DNA of 63,990 nucleotides, the filler included, from Blastocystis sp. subtype 4 (taxonomy: Eukaryota): NCBI RefSeq assembly GCF_000743755.1. It is 8 parts of 8 records of this genome, joined end to end, with 100 filler letters (N's around TTAATTAATTAA, not from the genome) between each part and the next. Parts side by side here need not be neighbours in the genome. Positions count along the whole stretch, not along the records: positions 24,374 to 32,357 come from NW_014569163.1; positions 32,458 to 42,840 come from NW_014569162.1; 6 more parts are not named here. One strand, written 5' to 3'. Below are positions 24,817-35,277 of this stretch, in pieces. Position numbers and translations under genes: made by a program. Positions within the stretch are counted from its first letter, which is position 1. Every line of letters begins with the position of its first letter. Under the pieces are notes generated by a model. The model was not told the DNA's origin. It saw nothing but the letters and a program-made list of their open reading frames with translations, and did no database searches.

Positions 24817-27800
24817 TCAAACTTTCATATCTTCCCTCTTAACAATGGGTAATTCAGGTGACTTTGATTTCTTTCTCTTGAGGCACATGCATAGAAGAAC
24901 TATAACTACAATAACTACAATGACAGTAATCGCTCCAATGATAATAAACATCATTGTATCAGACATTGCTTTCACGGTGAAGGTGAGAGTTGCAGTCTTT
25001 GATCCTACTTGATTCGTGGCCTTAATTGTAACTACTGATGCTGAAACTGTTGATAATGCAGATCCGCTTATCACTCCATTTTCTTCATTAAGCATTAGAC
25101 CCACTGGAAGTGTTCCTGAATCAACAGAGAATACCAAATCTTCTCCTGTATATGTAGGCGTCATAACAAAAGCCTCTCCCTTCACTAAAGTACATAGATC
25201 TTGAGGATAGTGGATGGAAGAAGGAGGAATCATGACTCGGATACTTATATCAAATGTAACCGTTCCCACAGAATTTGAAGCCTGAATTTGGACTAGTGAC
25301 GTCATAGACTTGGAAGGAGTTCCCAAAATGGTGCCTGTGTTTGCATTCAAAGATAAACCATCAGGAAGGACACCGGATAATACAGCAAATGTTACTGATT
25401 CTCCTATATACTCTGGAATAATAGAGAATACTGAATCCATAGAAATAATATAGGAAGTCTGAGGATAGTTCAGTGAAGACGGAGGAACCATCACAGTTAC
25501 TGACAAAGTGGTAGATATGCTTCCTCCTTCGTTTTGTGCCATAATATTGAGAGTAACTATTGTTGATTCCGTGGGTGTTCCTTGAATGGAACCAGTATTT
25601 GTATCGAGAGTAATACCAGTAGGAAGAGTGCCAGAATGAATAGAGAAGACACAAGTATCTCCATCATATGCTGGAGAAACAGCGAAATACGATCCAGTAG
25701 GAATCGTATATGAGGATTGCGGATAAGAAAGAGCAGATGGAGGAGTCACTACTCGGAAGGATATTGTGAATATATCAGACCCGACAGCATTCTGAGCTCG
25801 AATGACAAGAGAAGCGAGAGGAGTGGATTGGGATGGAATTCCAGTAATACTTCCTGTAGATGGATTCAGAGTCAATCCAGATGGAAGGGTACCTGATTGG
25901 ATAGAGAAAGTGAGTTGTTCCCCCTCTGTTGTGGGAGTTGTGACAAAGTTTACTCCAGTTGTGATCACGAATTGAGTTTGAGAATACATCAGATCTGGAG
26001 TTGTTAGGACTTGGATGGAGATTGTAGCCGTGATACTACTCACTACATTCTCAGCTTTAATAGTAATCGTTTGAGCGATAGATACAACTTGATTAGGCAA
26101 ACCAGTTATTGCACCAGTGTTGGGATTGAGAGTTAGTCCAGGAGGAAGGGTTCCAGATTGAATTGAATAGGTTGGAGAATCTCCCAGTATTGAAGCCAAT
26201 GCCATAAACTGATTGTTCTTAGCAATGACATAGGAAGTTCCTGAATAGGAGAAATCAGAGAGGGCTGTTATTACTGTCATTGTAATCGATGTGGTTACCT
26301 CACCAGCAATGTTGGAAGCCTTGATTACAATCGTAATTGCAGAAACTGATACAGTTGGAGAACCAGAAATCACTCCAGTATTCGAATTGAGAGAAAGGCC
26401 AGTCGGAAGAGAACCTGATTGAATTGAGAATGTTAGAGAATCTCCAGTGATAGTTGGAGTCTTTGAGAAAGTCTCTCCTTTGGCAATAATGAAAGGAGAT
26501 CCTGAATATGAGAATCCAGAAGGCAGTGAAGGGATCGTAAACACAACAGTCGTTGTAATACTATCCAAAGAGTTCTCTGCTTTGATCACAATTGATTGAG
26601 AAGAGACATATTGAGAAGGAGTTCCAGAAATCACTCCAGTATTCGAATTGAGAGAAAGGCCAGTCGGAAGAGAACCTGATTGAATTGAGAATGTTAGAGA
26701 ATCTCCAGTGATAGTTGGAGTCTTTGAGAAAGTCTCTCCTTTGGCAATAATGAAAGGAGATCCTGAATATGAGAATCCAGAAGGTAATGTCAATACTGTA
26801 AACACAACTGTTGTTGTCACACTGCCAATATCGTTTGCTGCTTTGATGGTTATTAATTGTTGAGTTATTGATTGTGTAGGGATACCGGAAATGACGCCCG
26901 TATTATCATTTAATGATAATCCAATTGGAAGACTACCTGATTGAATGCTAAAGGCCAAAGAATCACCAAGAAGCAATGGAGTTACGGAAAACTCACTATT
27001 TGTTGCAATAGTAAATGGAGAATCCGGATATGAGAAACCTGATGGAGGAGTAAGAATAGTGAATGATATTCTAACAGTTACACTGTCAATTACATTCTGG
27101 GCTTTGATCACAACAGATTGATCAACTACTGCTTCAGAGGGTGTTCCAGAAATCACTCCAGTATTGGCGTTCAATGATAGACCACTTGGTAGAGAACCTG
27201 ACTGAACTGAGAATGTAAGAGTATCTCCTATTACTGTAGGAGATGTGGAAAAGGGACTTCCCTTGCGAAGTATATACGATGAATTGGCATAGGTTAGAGC
27301 TGAAGGAACCGTTAATACTGTGAACGATACAGTTGTTGTGACACTGCCTAGTGCATTTTGTGCTTTTATCGTTATCGACTGCTGACTTGTGGAAATTGAA
27401 GGAGTTCCAGAGATTGCTCCTGTATTAGAATTCAAACTTAACCCTAAAGGAAGTGATCCTGATTGAAGCGAGAATGTTAGAGTATCTCCAGTAATGGAAG
27501 GAGATGTAGTAAATTCTCTTCCCTTTCCTATTACGAATGGAGAGTTCAAATATGAAAAACTGGAAGGAACAGTGAGTACTGTGAACACGATTGTAGTGGA
27601 TATGCTTCCGACACCATTTTCAGCCTTAATAGTCACAGACTGCTGATTTACTAATTGGATTGGCTCACCAGATATAACACCTGTTGACGTATTAAGAGTA
27701 ATTCCAGAAGGCAAAGAACCAGTCTGAATCGAAAACATAGGAGAGTCTCCAGTAATTGACGGTGACTTTGAGAATATGGCATTTTTGGCTATTGTGTAGG

Positions 27801-30800
27801 GAGCCCCTGGATAGGAAAAGACAGAGAGGGCTGTCATAACTGTAATTGTAACAGATGTCGTCACTTCACCTCCCATGTTTTCGGCTTTGATAACAACAGA
27901 TCGTTGATTCGTATTCTCTGTTGGAGTTCCAGATATCATTCCAGTATTTGCATTTAAAGACAATCCAGTTGGAAGAGTACCCGACGAAATGGAATAAGTA
28001 ACCGATTGTCCACTAATTGATGGAGATGTCGAGAATTGATCGCCCTTCGAAATAGTAAATGGAGAGTCGTGATAAGAGAATCCAGAGGGAGCAGCAACAA
28101 CAGTAAAAACAACAGTAGTAGTTGTACTACTTAGAGAATTCGAAGCGGCGATTGTTACTATCATTTGGTTAGCAGATTGAGAAGGAGTTCCCGAAATTAC
28201 TCCAGTATTCGAATTGAGAGAAAGACCTATCGGAAGAGTTCCAGATTGAATCGAGAATGACAATCCACTTCCACTAACAGTTGGAGTTACTGAAAATGGT
28301 AATCCCATACCAATAACAAATGGAGAATTGGGGTATGAGAAGGAAGAAGCCGCTGCAGCCACAGCTATTACAATAGTAGTGGAGACACTTCCAATCCCAT
28401 TCTCGGCCTTGATTGTTGCCGTGCTTTGATTAACAATAGAAGAAGGAGTTCCAGAAATCACTCCAGTATTGGCGTTCAATGATAGACCACTTGGAAGAGA
28501 ACCTGATTGAATGGAGAATGTAAGACAATCTCCAGTGATAATAGGGCTAACACTGAATGCTACTCCTTTGGCAATAATGAAAGGAGATCCTGGATATGAG
28601 AATCCAGAAGGAGGAGTAATGACTGTAATAATAATAATAGTCGTGACACTATCCAAAGAGTTCTCTGCTTTGATCACAATTGATTGAGAAGAGACATATT
28701 GAGAAGGAGTTCCAGAAATCACTCCAGTATTCGAATTGAGAGAGAGACCAGTCGGAAGAGAACCTGATTGAATTGAGAATGTTAGAGAATCTCCAGTGAT
28801 AGTTGGAGTCTTTGAGAAAGTCTCTCCTTTGGCAATAATGAAAGGAGATCCTGAATATGAGAATCCAGAAGGTAATGTCAATACTGTAAACACAACTGTT
28901 GTTGTCACACTGCTTCCAGCACCATTCGTAGCCTTAATCATTGCAGTAACACTAGTTACAGTGACTGAAGGAGTTCCAGAAATCACTCCTGTGTTCGTAT
29001 TCAGTGTTAGTCCCGTTGGTAGCGACCCTGATAACAGCGAGAAAGTTAAAGAACCAGAACTGATACTTGGAGAGACGGAGAATGCCTGTCCCTTCCCAAT
29101 TAAAAAGGGACTTCCTGGATACGAAAGGCCAGAAACAGAAGCAACTACTGCAATATTGATATAGTCGGTGAGAGATCCAGCTGAATTCTCTGCTTTGATG
29201 TAGATTTGTTGATAATCACATATAGCAGTGGGAGTACCAGTGATTACTCCAGTATTGGTATTCAGTGTTAAACCTGACGGAAGGGTTCCTGAATGAACAG
29301 AGAATGTACAGGATTCACAGTCCACACTTGGAGTAATTGGGCTGATTGCTTCCCCAACTGTAGCGACAATATCGAAATTATTGTATATAAAAGAAATGGG
29401 AGGACTAATAGTTACAGTAAGACGAATCGTTGTTGTAACATAGCCACCTGGATTTGCAGCTCTCACAACGATTGTGACCTGGGATTGAATAGTAGAAGGA
29501 GTTCCTGATATTATTCCTGTGTTACTATTCAGTGACAATCCATTAGGAAGGGTTCCCGATTGAATGGAAAACGAAATACTCTCTCCACTGAATGAAGGCG
29601 TGACACTGAAAGGCCGACCTTTCGGTATAGAGTAATATGACTGTGGATAGGAGAATCCAGAAGGCTTTGGTTTTATCGTCAGAGTAACCGTTGTGGTACT
29701 CGATCCACCAGCATTCTGTGCCTTGATAACGACTGATTGCGTTCCAGAAGTGGTAGTAGATCCCGAAATAACTCCAGAGCTTGAGTTAATAGTAATACCA
29801 GAGGGGAATGAACCACTGTGAACTGAGTAGGAACAAGAAGGACAAGAACCTGATGGATTCATTACCACCGATTGAGTAATGAAAGCACTGACCGATGAAG
29901 GAGAATAATGGAAATTTGATGGAGCAGGGAGAGGAGATTGTACGTTTAGTTTAATGATAAAAGTATGTAGCATATTAGAAACAGAACAGGAAATCTTATA
30001 CTCTGCTTCTCCATTTGTTGAAACAGTTGGAATGCCCGATAATACTGCAGCATTACTAATAGTCATCCCGGAGAGTGGTGGTGAATAACTGCATGAATAA
30101 TCACTACCAGTGGAAAGTTGATTAATTGGAGTTATTGTGCACTGATGATTAACTGTACATTCATATGTGTCAACTGAATATTCTATTTGAGGATTTAATC
30201 CATTGTAGCTGCAGACGAGTAAAGACATCTCACGAATCTTCACGGATCCAGCTCCATTAATTGAAAATCTTGCTCTCATTGCTTCTCTATCATGATATGA
30301 GGTACTATACATGGAACCTGACAAAAATGAATGATATGACGATCGACGATAGAAACCATCGTATCGTTCCTCCCATTCAAGTATGCCAGATTCAGCCGTT
30401 GGAGTACCATTCATATCGATATTAAAGCCATGTACCACTGCCATATCTGCAGAAGGAACAAGTTCCATCGCAGCTGAAGTTGAGGATAATGTTTGGATGG
30501 TTGAATACTCCCAATCGGTTGCAGAATTCCTATTCTGCATTGGGATTTTGTAGCAGTTAACGTTTGAATTATAGGATCTTTCATAAGCAGCCAACCATGC
30601 ATCAAATCTGATACTATTATCAGAGGTACCCAAAAAGAGAATGACGCTGATAATATTTGGACTACTTTTTATTTCATTTGCAGGACGAATGATACTATGA
30701 TAGTTACTTGTTGTATCAACATAAGAACCAGTGAAAGTAGTTGAAGAAGTGATATCTCCTGAAGGAATATTGTCTCGGAACACTTCTTTACCATTTATAT

Positions 30801-31386
30801 ACACAACAATACCTCTAGGATATCGCAACGAAGCCTCATAAGCAACAACAGAAGGAGCAATAAAAGTCCTTTTGAAGTACATTCTTGTATGACCTTGCGT
30901 AGCAAAATCAAAATTAGTATTCTTTAAACTCCATCCAGACACAGATGAGTCTGTAGTCCATGTATCAGATGGCAGCGAGTATCGGTAATACCAACTATCT
31001 CCCTTGTCGATTGGTGTAGAAAGAGAAAACCTTTTTTTCCCAGTAAAAGGAAATGTTTTGAGAATAATATTATCATAAGGTCCATACAAAGTCAAATAAG
31101 CATCTGCCTCCCAGCTATATGTTCCTGTTGATAAGTCAATTTCATACTGGTAGTTGTTATTGTAGTTCTTAATGCACATTTCCATTCCTTTATTCATAAC
31201 TCCTTTTGTAACTGCAGGACTAGTATCGTATGTATTAGTGTAACCATAGCGATAAACATAGAAGTATTCAGACCACCAAGAATTACGTGATCTCAAATCA
31301 AACTTCAAGCGAATAGTCGATGAACCGCATGTAATACTGACAGCTGTACAAGTGATTGTTAGAAAGAGCAACAAGGTATCCATCAA
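24817..31386 (-). CDS. Intronless 2189-aa type I surface protein with 20 tandem He_PIG (putative Ig, PF05345-like) repeats
   Basis: Signal peptide; N-terminal beta domain; 20 repeats of ~87 aa with LPxGLSLNxNTGVISGTP; TM helix plus KRKKSK stop-transfer. Confidence 0.9.
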   Translation of the reverse strand: MMDTLLLFLTITCTAVSITCGSSTIRLKFDLRSRNSWWSEYFYVYRYGYTNTYDTSPAVTKGVMNKGMEMCIKNYNNNYQYEIDLSTGTYSWEADAYLTLYGPYDNIILKTFPFTGKKRFSLSTPIDKGDSWYYRYSLPSDTWTTDSSVSGWSLKNTNFDFATQGHTRMYFKRTFIAPSVVAYEASLRYPRGIVVYINGKEVFRDNIPSGDITSSTTFTGSYVDTTSNYHSIIRPANEIKSSPNIISVILFLGTSDNSIRFDAWLAAYERSYNSNVNCYKIPMQNRNSATDWEYSTIQTLSSTSAAMELVPSADMAVVHGFNIDMNGTPTAESGILEWEERYDGFYRRSSYHSFLSGSMYSTSYHDREAMRARFSINGAGSVKIREMSLLVCSYNGLNPQIEYSVDTYECTVNHQCTITPINQLSTGSDYSCSYSPPLSGMTISNAAVLSGIPTVSTNGEAEYKISCSVSNMLHTFIIKLNVQSPLPAPSNFHYSPSSVSAFITQSVVMNPSGSCPSCSYSVHSGSFPSGITINSSSGVISGSTTTSGTQSVVIKAQNAGGSSTTTVTLTIKPKPSGFSYPQSYYSIPKGRPFSVTPSFSGESISFSIQSGTLPNGLSLNSNTGIISGTPSTIQSQVTIVVRAANPGGYVTTTIRLTVTISPPISFIYNNFDIVATVGEAISPITPSVDCESCTFSVHSGTLPSGLTLNTNTGVITGTPTAICDYQQIYIKAENSAGSLTDYINIAVVASVSGLSYPGSPFLIGKGQAFSVSPSISSGSLTFSLLSGSLPTGLTLNTNTGVISGTPSVTVTSVTAMIKATNGAGSSVTTTVVFTVLTLPSGFSYSGSPFIIAKGETFSKTPTITGDSLTFSIQSGSLPTGLSLNSNTGVISGTPSQYVSSQSIVIKAENSLDSVTTIIIITVITPPSGFSYPGSPFIIAKGVAFSVSPIITGDCLTFSIQSGSLPSGLSLNANTGVISGTPSSIVNQSTATIKAENGIGSVSTTIVIAVAAAASSFSYPNSPFVIGMGLPFSVTPTVSGSGLSFSIQSGTLPIGLSLNSNTGVISGTPSQSANQMIVTIAASNSLSSTTTTVVFTVVAAPSGFSYHDSPFTISKGDQFSTSPSISGQSVTYSISSGTLPTGLSLNANTGMISGTPTENTNQRSVVIKAENMGGEVTTSVTITVMTALSVFSYPGAPYTIAKNAIFSKSPSITGDSPMFSIQTGSLPSGITLNTSTGVISGEPIQLVNQQSVTIKAENGVGSISTTIVFTVLTVPSSFSYLNSPFVIGKGREFTTSPSITGDTLTFSLQSGSLPLGLSLNSNTGAISGTPSISTSQQSITIKAQNALGSVTTTVSFTVLTVPSALTYANSSYILRKGSPFSTSPTVIGDTLTFSVQSGSLPSGLSLNANTGVISGTPSEAVVDQSVVIKAQNVIDSVTVRISFTILTPPSGFSYPDSPFTIATNSEFSVTPLLLGDSLAFSIQSGSLPIGLSLNDNTGVISGIPTQSITQQLITIKAANDIGSVTTTVVFTVLTLPSGFSYSGSPFIIAKGETFSKTPTITGDSLTFSIQSGSLPTGLSLNSNTGVISGTPSQYVSSQSIVIKAENSLDSITTTVVFTIPSLPSGFSYSGSPFIIAKGETFSKTPTITGDSLTFSIQSGSLPTGLSLNSNTGVISGSPTVSVSAITIVIKASNIAGEVTTSITMTVITALSDFSYSGTSYVIAKNNQFMALASILGDSPTYSIQSGTLPPGLTLNPNTGAITGLPNQVVSIAQTITIKAENVVSSITATISIQVLTTPDLMYSQTQFVITTGVNFVTTPTTEGEQLTFSIQSGTLPSGLTLNPSTGSITGIPSQSTPLASLVIRAQNAVGSDIFTISFRVVTPPSALSYPQSSYTIPTGSYFAVSPAYDGDTCVFSIHSGTLPTGITLDTNTGSIQGTPTESTIVTLNIMAQNEGGSISTTLSVTVMVPPSSLNYPQTSYIISMDSVFSIIPEYIGESVTFAVLSGVLPDGLSLNANTGTILGTPSKSMTSLVQIQASNSVGTVTFDISIRVMIPPSSIHYPQDLCTLVKGEAFVMTPTYTGEDLVFSVDSGTLPVGLMLNEENGVISGSALSTVSASVVTIKATNQVGSKTATLTFTVKAMSDTMMFIIIGAITVIVVIVVIVLLCMCLKRKKSKSPELPIVKREDMKV
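24950..30190 (-). repeat. Coding tandem array of ~261-nt units (20 copies)
   Basis: Recurring GVISGTP cores; near-identical tracts offset by exact multiples of 261 nt. Confidence 0.9.
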
Positions 31387-32171
31387 ATATTATATGAGGT
31401 GAATATCCAGTTTTCAGTTTCCACGTTTCCCTGTTTCATAATGATCATAGACAATTGAAGATATTATAACTATCCGTTTCTGATATTATCAACCATTAGA
31501 TAAACCACAATTAGACCTCATAGTTTGATAGGAGAAATCTAGAAACTATGAAATACAGTGAACAAAGACTTCACCCCATGATCTCATTCTCTTCACTGCA
31601 TCTTCTAACATCTAGAATACTGTTAGTGGTAAAAAGCAAGCCAGAAGAGTATACTACGATAGATTGTAAGACAATTCCATCATTAATTGTTCACATCCTT
31701 ACACAGACAGGAATAAACTATATTGCCTTTGTACATTAGATTTAAGGTCATCAAGTACTCTTACACATGTCAGTTGTTATGACTATCTTAAAAATGGAAG
31801 TGATACACTACACATCACTGAGTTCCATAAAGTATATGTGTATAGAATATTAATTGTGTACTATTTCTGTGATCGTACAGTTTTCTGTCACTCATCATTG
31901 GCGTAAACTACACAGAATCCATATCTAAACGTTCCAAACTAGATAAGAATCTATTTACCTTATTATATTCATGAGATTAACTGCATTATGAGACCCATCG
32001 ATTCAAACCTATCACTCCTTTCAAACCTGGAATATCGTATGATATTGACTCTTGGTGTCGAAATAACAAGTAGTTCGCATATCTCTTTCGAACCTGTTAG
32101 TTCCAAAACGTGATAATATTTCGCATATGCAAAAATTGAATACCACCAAAGAAAGAAACTAAGACTAAACC

Positions 32172-32357
<186 letters not shown>

Positions 32358-32457
32358 NNNNNNNNNNNNNNNNNNNNNNNNNNNNNNNNNNNNNNNNNNN
32401 NTTAATTAATTAANNNNNNNNNNNNNNNNNNNNNNNNNNNNNNNNNNNNNNNNNNNN

Positions 32458-33874
32458 CATGTTCCTCAGGAGGAGGAAGCATGACCAACAATCCTCTTCC
32501 CTGATCTAAACTGGCATTCAGCTTCTTATCCAGAATCAATTGAGAGAGTTTGCGAATGATCTAATTCTTATCTTTCTTCGTCATACACACTTCATCAAGA
32601 GGTAACTCCATCTTCTCAGCTACAAAACTGAGTTCTACAACATCATAGGGCTCGACAACTTTGAGGAAGTTCTGTTCCATGAGTTCATTTCGGAGATACT
32701 GTGTATGATGAAGAATCACTTCGTCTTCGAAAAAGGCAGGATGGTGAGGTGAAGGATCGAACAACCATACAATACAAGGATATCTCTTTGAAAATGGCGT
32801 TCAATTTGGATAAATCACGCAAATGGAAGGCAGTTGCGATTGAACGCAGAATCTCCATGTCTTCACTCCATCGCTCCACAACCAGATGATTTTGGAGCAA
32901 TGCTTGCATTTCCTGTGTCTAATCATCATTCTTCACTCCAAACTCAACATTTCCTTTCAACACCTTCATTAACACCATATACTTCAATGCCTCTTTCCAA
33001 CGAGGATCTTTCATCGTACAATAGGAATCAAAGCATTCGAAGAAGAAAGAATAAGCCATTTGGAAATCATGTTGATAACTCTATGAATCACTCCAAATCA
33101 CTGTACAGAACATATATAATTCCTGATAACATATCAATTTCGGCTTGAGTAACAGGATCCACATAGATCGAAGTAGCTGCCATTTTGCAAGCTGTTAGAG
33201 AAGACTATGATGAATGCATTTCACTAAGACTACCTTTGCTTTTGTTATATCATTCAGATCTTTGTAAATACGAGCTTCTGTCACATGAACATCCATAGAT
33301 AGAGCCTTGTCATCGATCTTTGCTAGTTCACGAATCAAATACCCACATAAGTTCAGAGCTTGACGATACTGATGATCCTAACTCTGATGTAATACAAAAA
33401 TAGAAACCTTGTAAAGAAGAAAAGCCAGTCGACTCTGAAGACGCTGGGTGAGAAACACTAGTTTAGAGGATTGAGACCACTGGATATTCTTCTCACACAT
33501 TTCGATTTTGGCCTTTGTGTCTACATCCATCGTAACAGCAATTTCGATCATAGACTTCACTAGGTTTCAAACACTAAAGGAAACGACTTACCGAGTTTGG
33601 CAGATTTGGCTTTGGAAATGACATTGAAGAAATCACGTGAAGACTCGAGTAACTGAGAAAGGGAGTCAATGTCTTTCAATTCTCCAAAGAGTGAAGCTAA
33701 TTCCAATGTGCAGTTCTCTTTTTCTTTGATAATAGTATCATTCTCGTTTGGCATATTCAGAATCTCGCGATACAAAGCGATGGCTTCTGTAGGATTCTCC
33801 CTCCGGAGAAAATGAGCATGCTCTACTTTCGTTTCGAAATCTATTGATGAGGGAAATAGATAAACTATACCCAT
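32458..33874 (-). CDS. PSMD11: 26S proteasome lid subunit RPN6, 3'-truncated
   Basis: ISKAKSAK; FLTQRLQSRL; ELAKIDDK; KSSLTA; EQNFLKVVEPY; KLSQLILDKKLNASLDQG. Confidence 0.9.
32744..32783 (-). other. U12-type AT-AC intron (40 nt) in RPN6
   Basis: ATATCCTT-GTATTGTATGGTTGTTCGA-TCCTTCAC-CTCAC; removal restores the frame (IFKE|HPAFFEDEVI). Confidence 0.75.
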
Positions 33875-33931
33875 GAGGAAAGAATGAATGAAGTATCAGG
33901 AGAACAGGAAATACAACAAACAAAGAAGCAA

Positions 33932-34911
33932 TTACAGCATATAACGCACAGACTGGCTAGAAGGGAATGTTCGGTTCTCTGCAGCCTCTTCATTGAACAC
34001 CTCGAAATGTCGATTCAATGACTCATCAAGCTGCAAAATCGAAGCCAAATTACCAGAACGATAACAATAGTTTGGTGCCGACCATACCGTGCAAACTTCT
34101 CCATCAAAGAAGTACTGATAACCATCCATAGCCACTTGATGAGCACGGCACACTAGCTCCAAACCGTTGATTTGATTGAACTCCTTGGCAACATCGGCTC
34201 CAAAGATCCATCCAGCTCCACGGAAATTGCGCTTAAAACTATATTTGAGTCCAATTCAATTCAGTTACCCTTCAATATCAGGTTCAGGATCTGACCACAG
34301 TAAATCAGCATACAAACCCTCATTGGCAACTTCTTGGAATCTGTAGATGCTATTAATGTGATCTACAGTGCGAATAAAAGGAGAAAGACCTCCATGGACA
34401 CACAGGATACGATCATCAATCAAAGCAGCAATACTCATACAATCAAACACATCCACGAGATATTTCCAAGCATTTGTGCTACCATACTTTTGCATACATT
34501 CATCATAGAAACCATACACTTGGGTAATCTGTCTTCCCTCATGATTTCCACGAAGCAACACAATTCGATCCGGATAACGAGCCTTCAATGCTAAAAACAG
34601 CTCAATACACTCCACACTGAAATAGCCACGATCCACATAATCTCCCATAAAGACATACTTAGTATCAGGTACATCTCCTCCGATGCGGAAAAGCTTCTTT
34701 AAATCGTAATACTGACCATGGATATCACCACATACACTGACTGGCGTTGAAACAGGCTATTCCATCATTTCAACTACAAAGCAACTACAACCACATTGGG
34801 TTCCTGCATCATAATGTCCTTCACGATTCTACACAACAGTTCCAGCTCATTCTCCTCTAATGGGGTTTTCTCTCTCAATTTTGCGATCCACGCATCAAGA
34901 TCAGCAATCAT
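33932..34911 (-). CDS. PPP6C: Ser/Thr phosphatase catalytic subunit, PP6/Sit4-like (PP2A family)
   Basis: [52 protein letters not shown]6 versus PP4 is not certain. Confidence 0.85.
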
Positions 34912-35277
34912 ATTCAGTCCTGATAGAGATAATGAACGAACAATCTATGTGCGTTCAGTGGTCATGAATCATAATTATCAAGTCAGGTTGTTGCATAGAC
35001 CAGTTCTCCAAGATCACGCCTTGGTGGAAAGCAACGAGATAATAAACAAGAGAGGAAGTGATTTAAAGTGCCATCAACACAAGTGCCAAATCGATCCAGA
35101 AGTTCGTTTCAATAGTTTTAGGAGAGTGGATAGAATGAAAACAACTATAATTCCTTAGAATGAGGCTGATCGTTTAATCACACAATTGCTTCTGAAACCG
35201 ATTTCCTATTATGTGTACGTCAGTAGAGACGTATAGAGTCTCATTTTATAGTTCTCAGTGGTCAAGAACTCCCTCCT

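Noticed and set aside
24950..30190. Regularly spaced direct repeats resembling a CRISPR array
   Set aside because: The 261-nt period is in-frame protein domain repetition; no cas genes are present.
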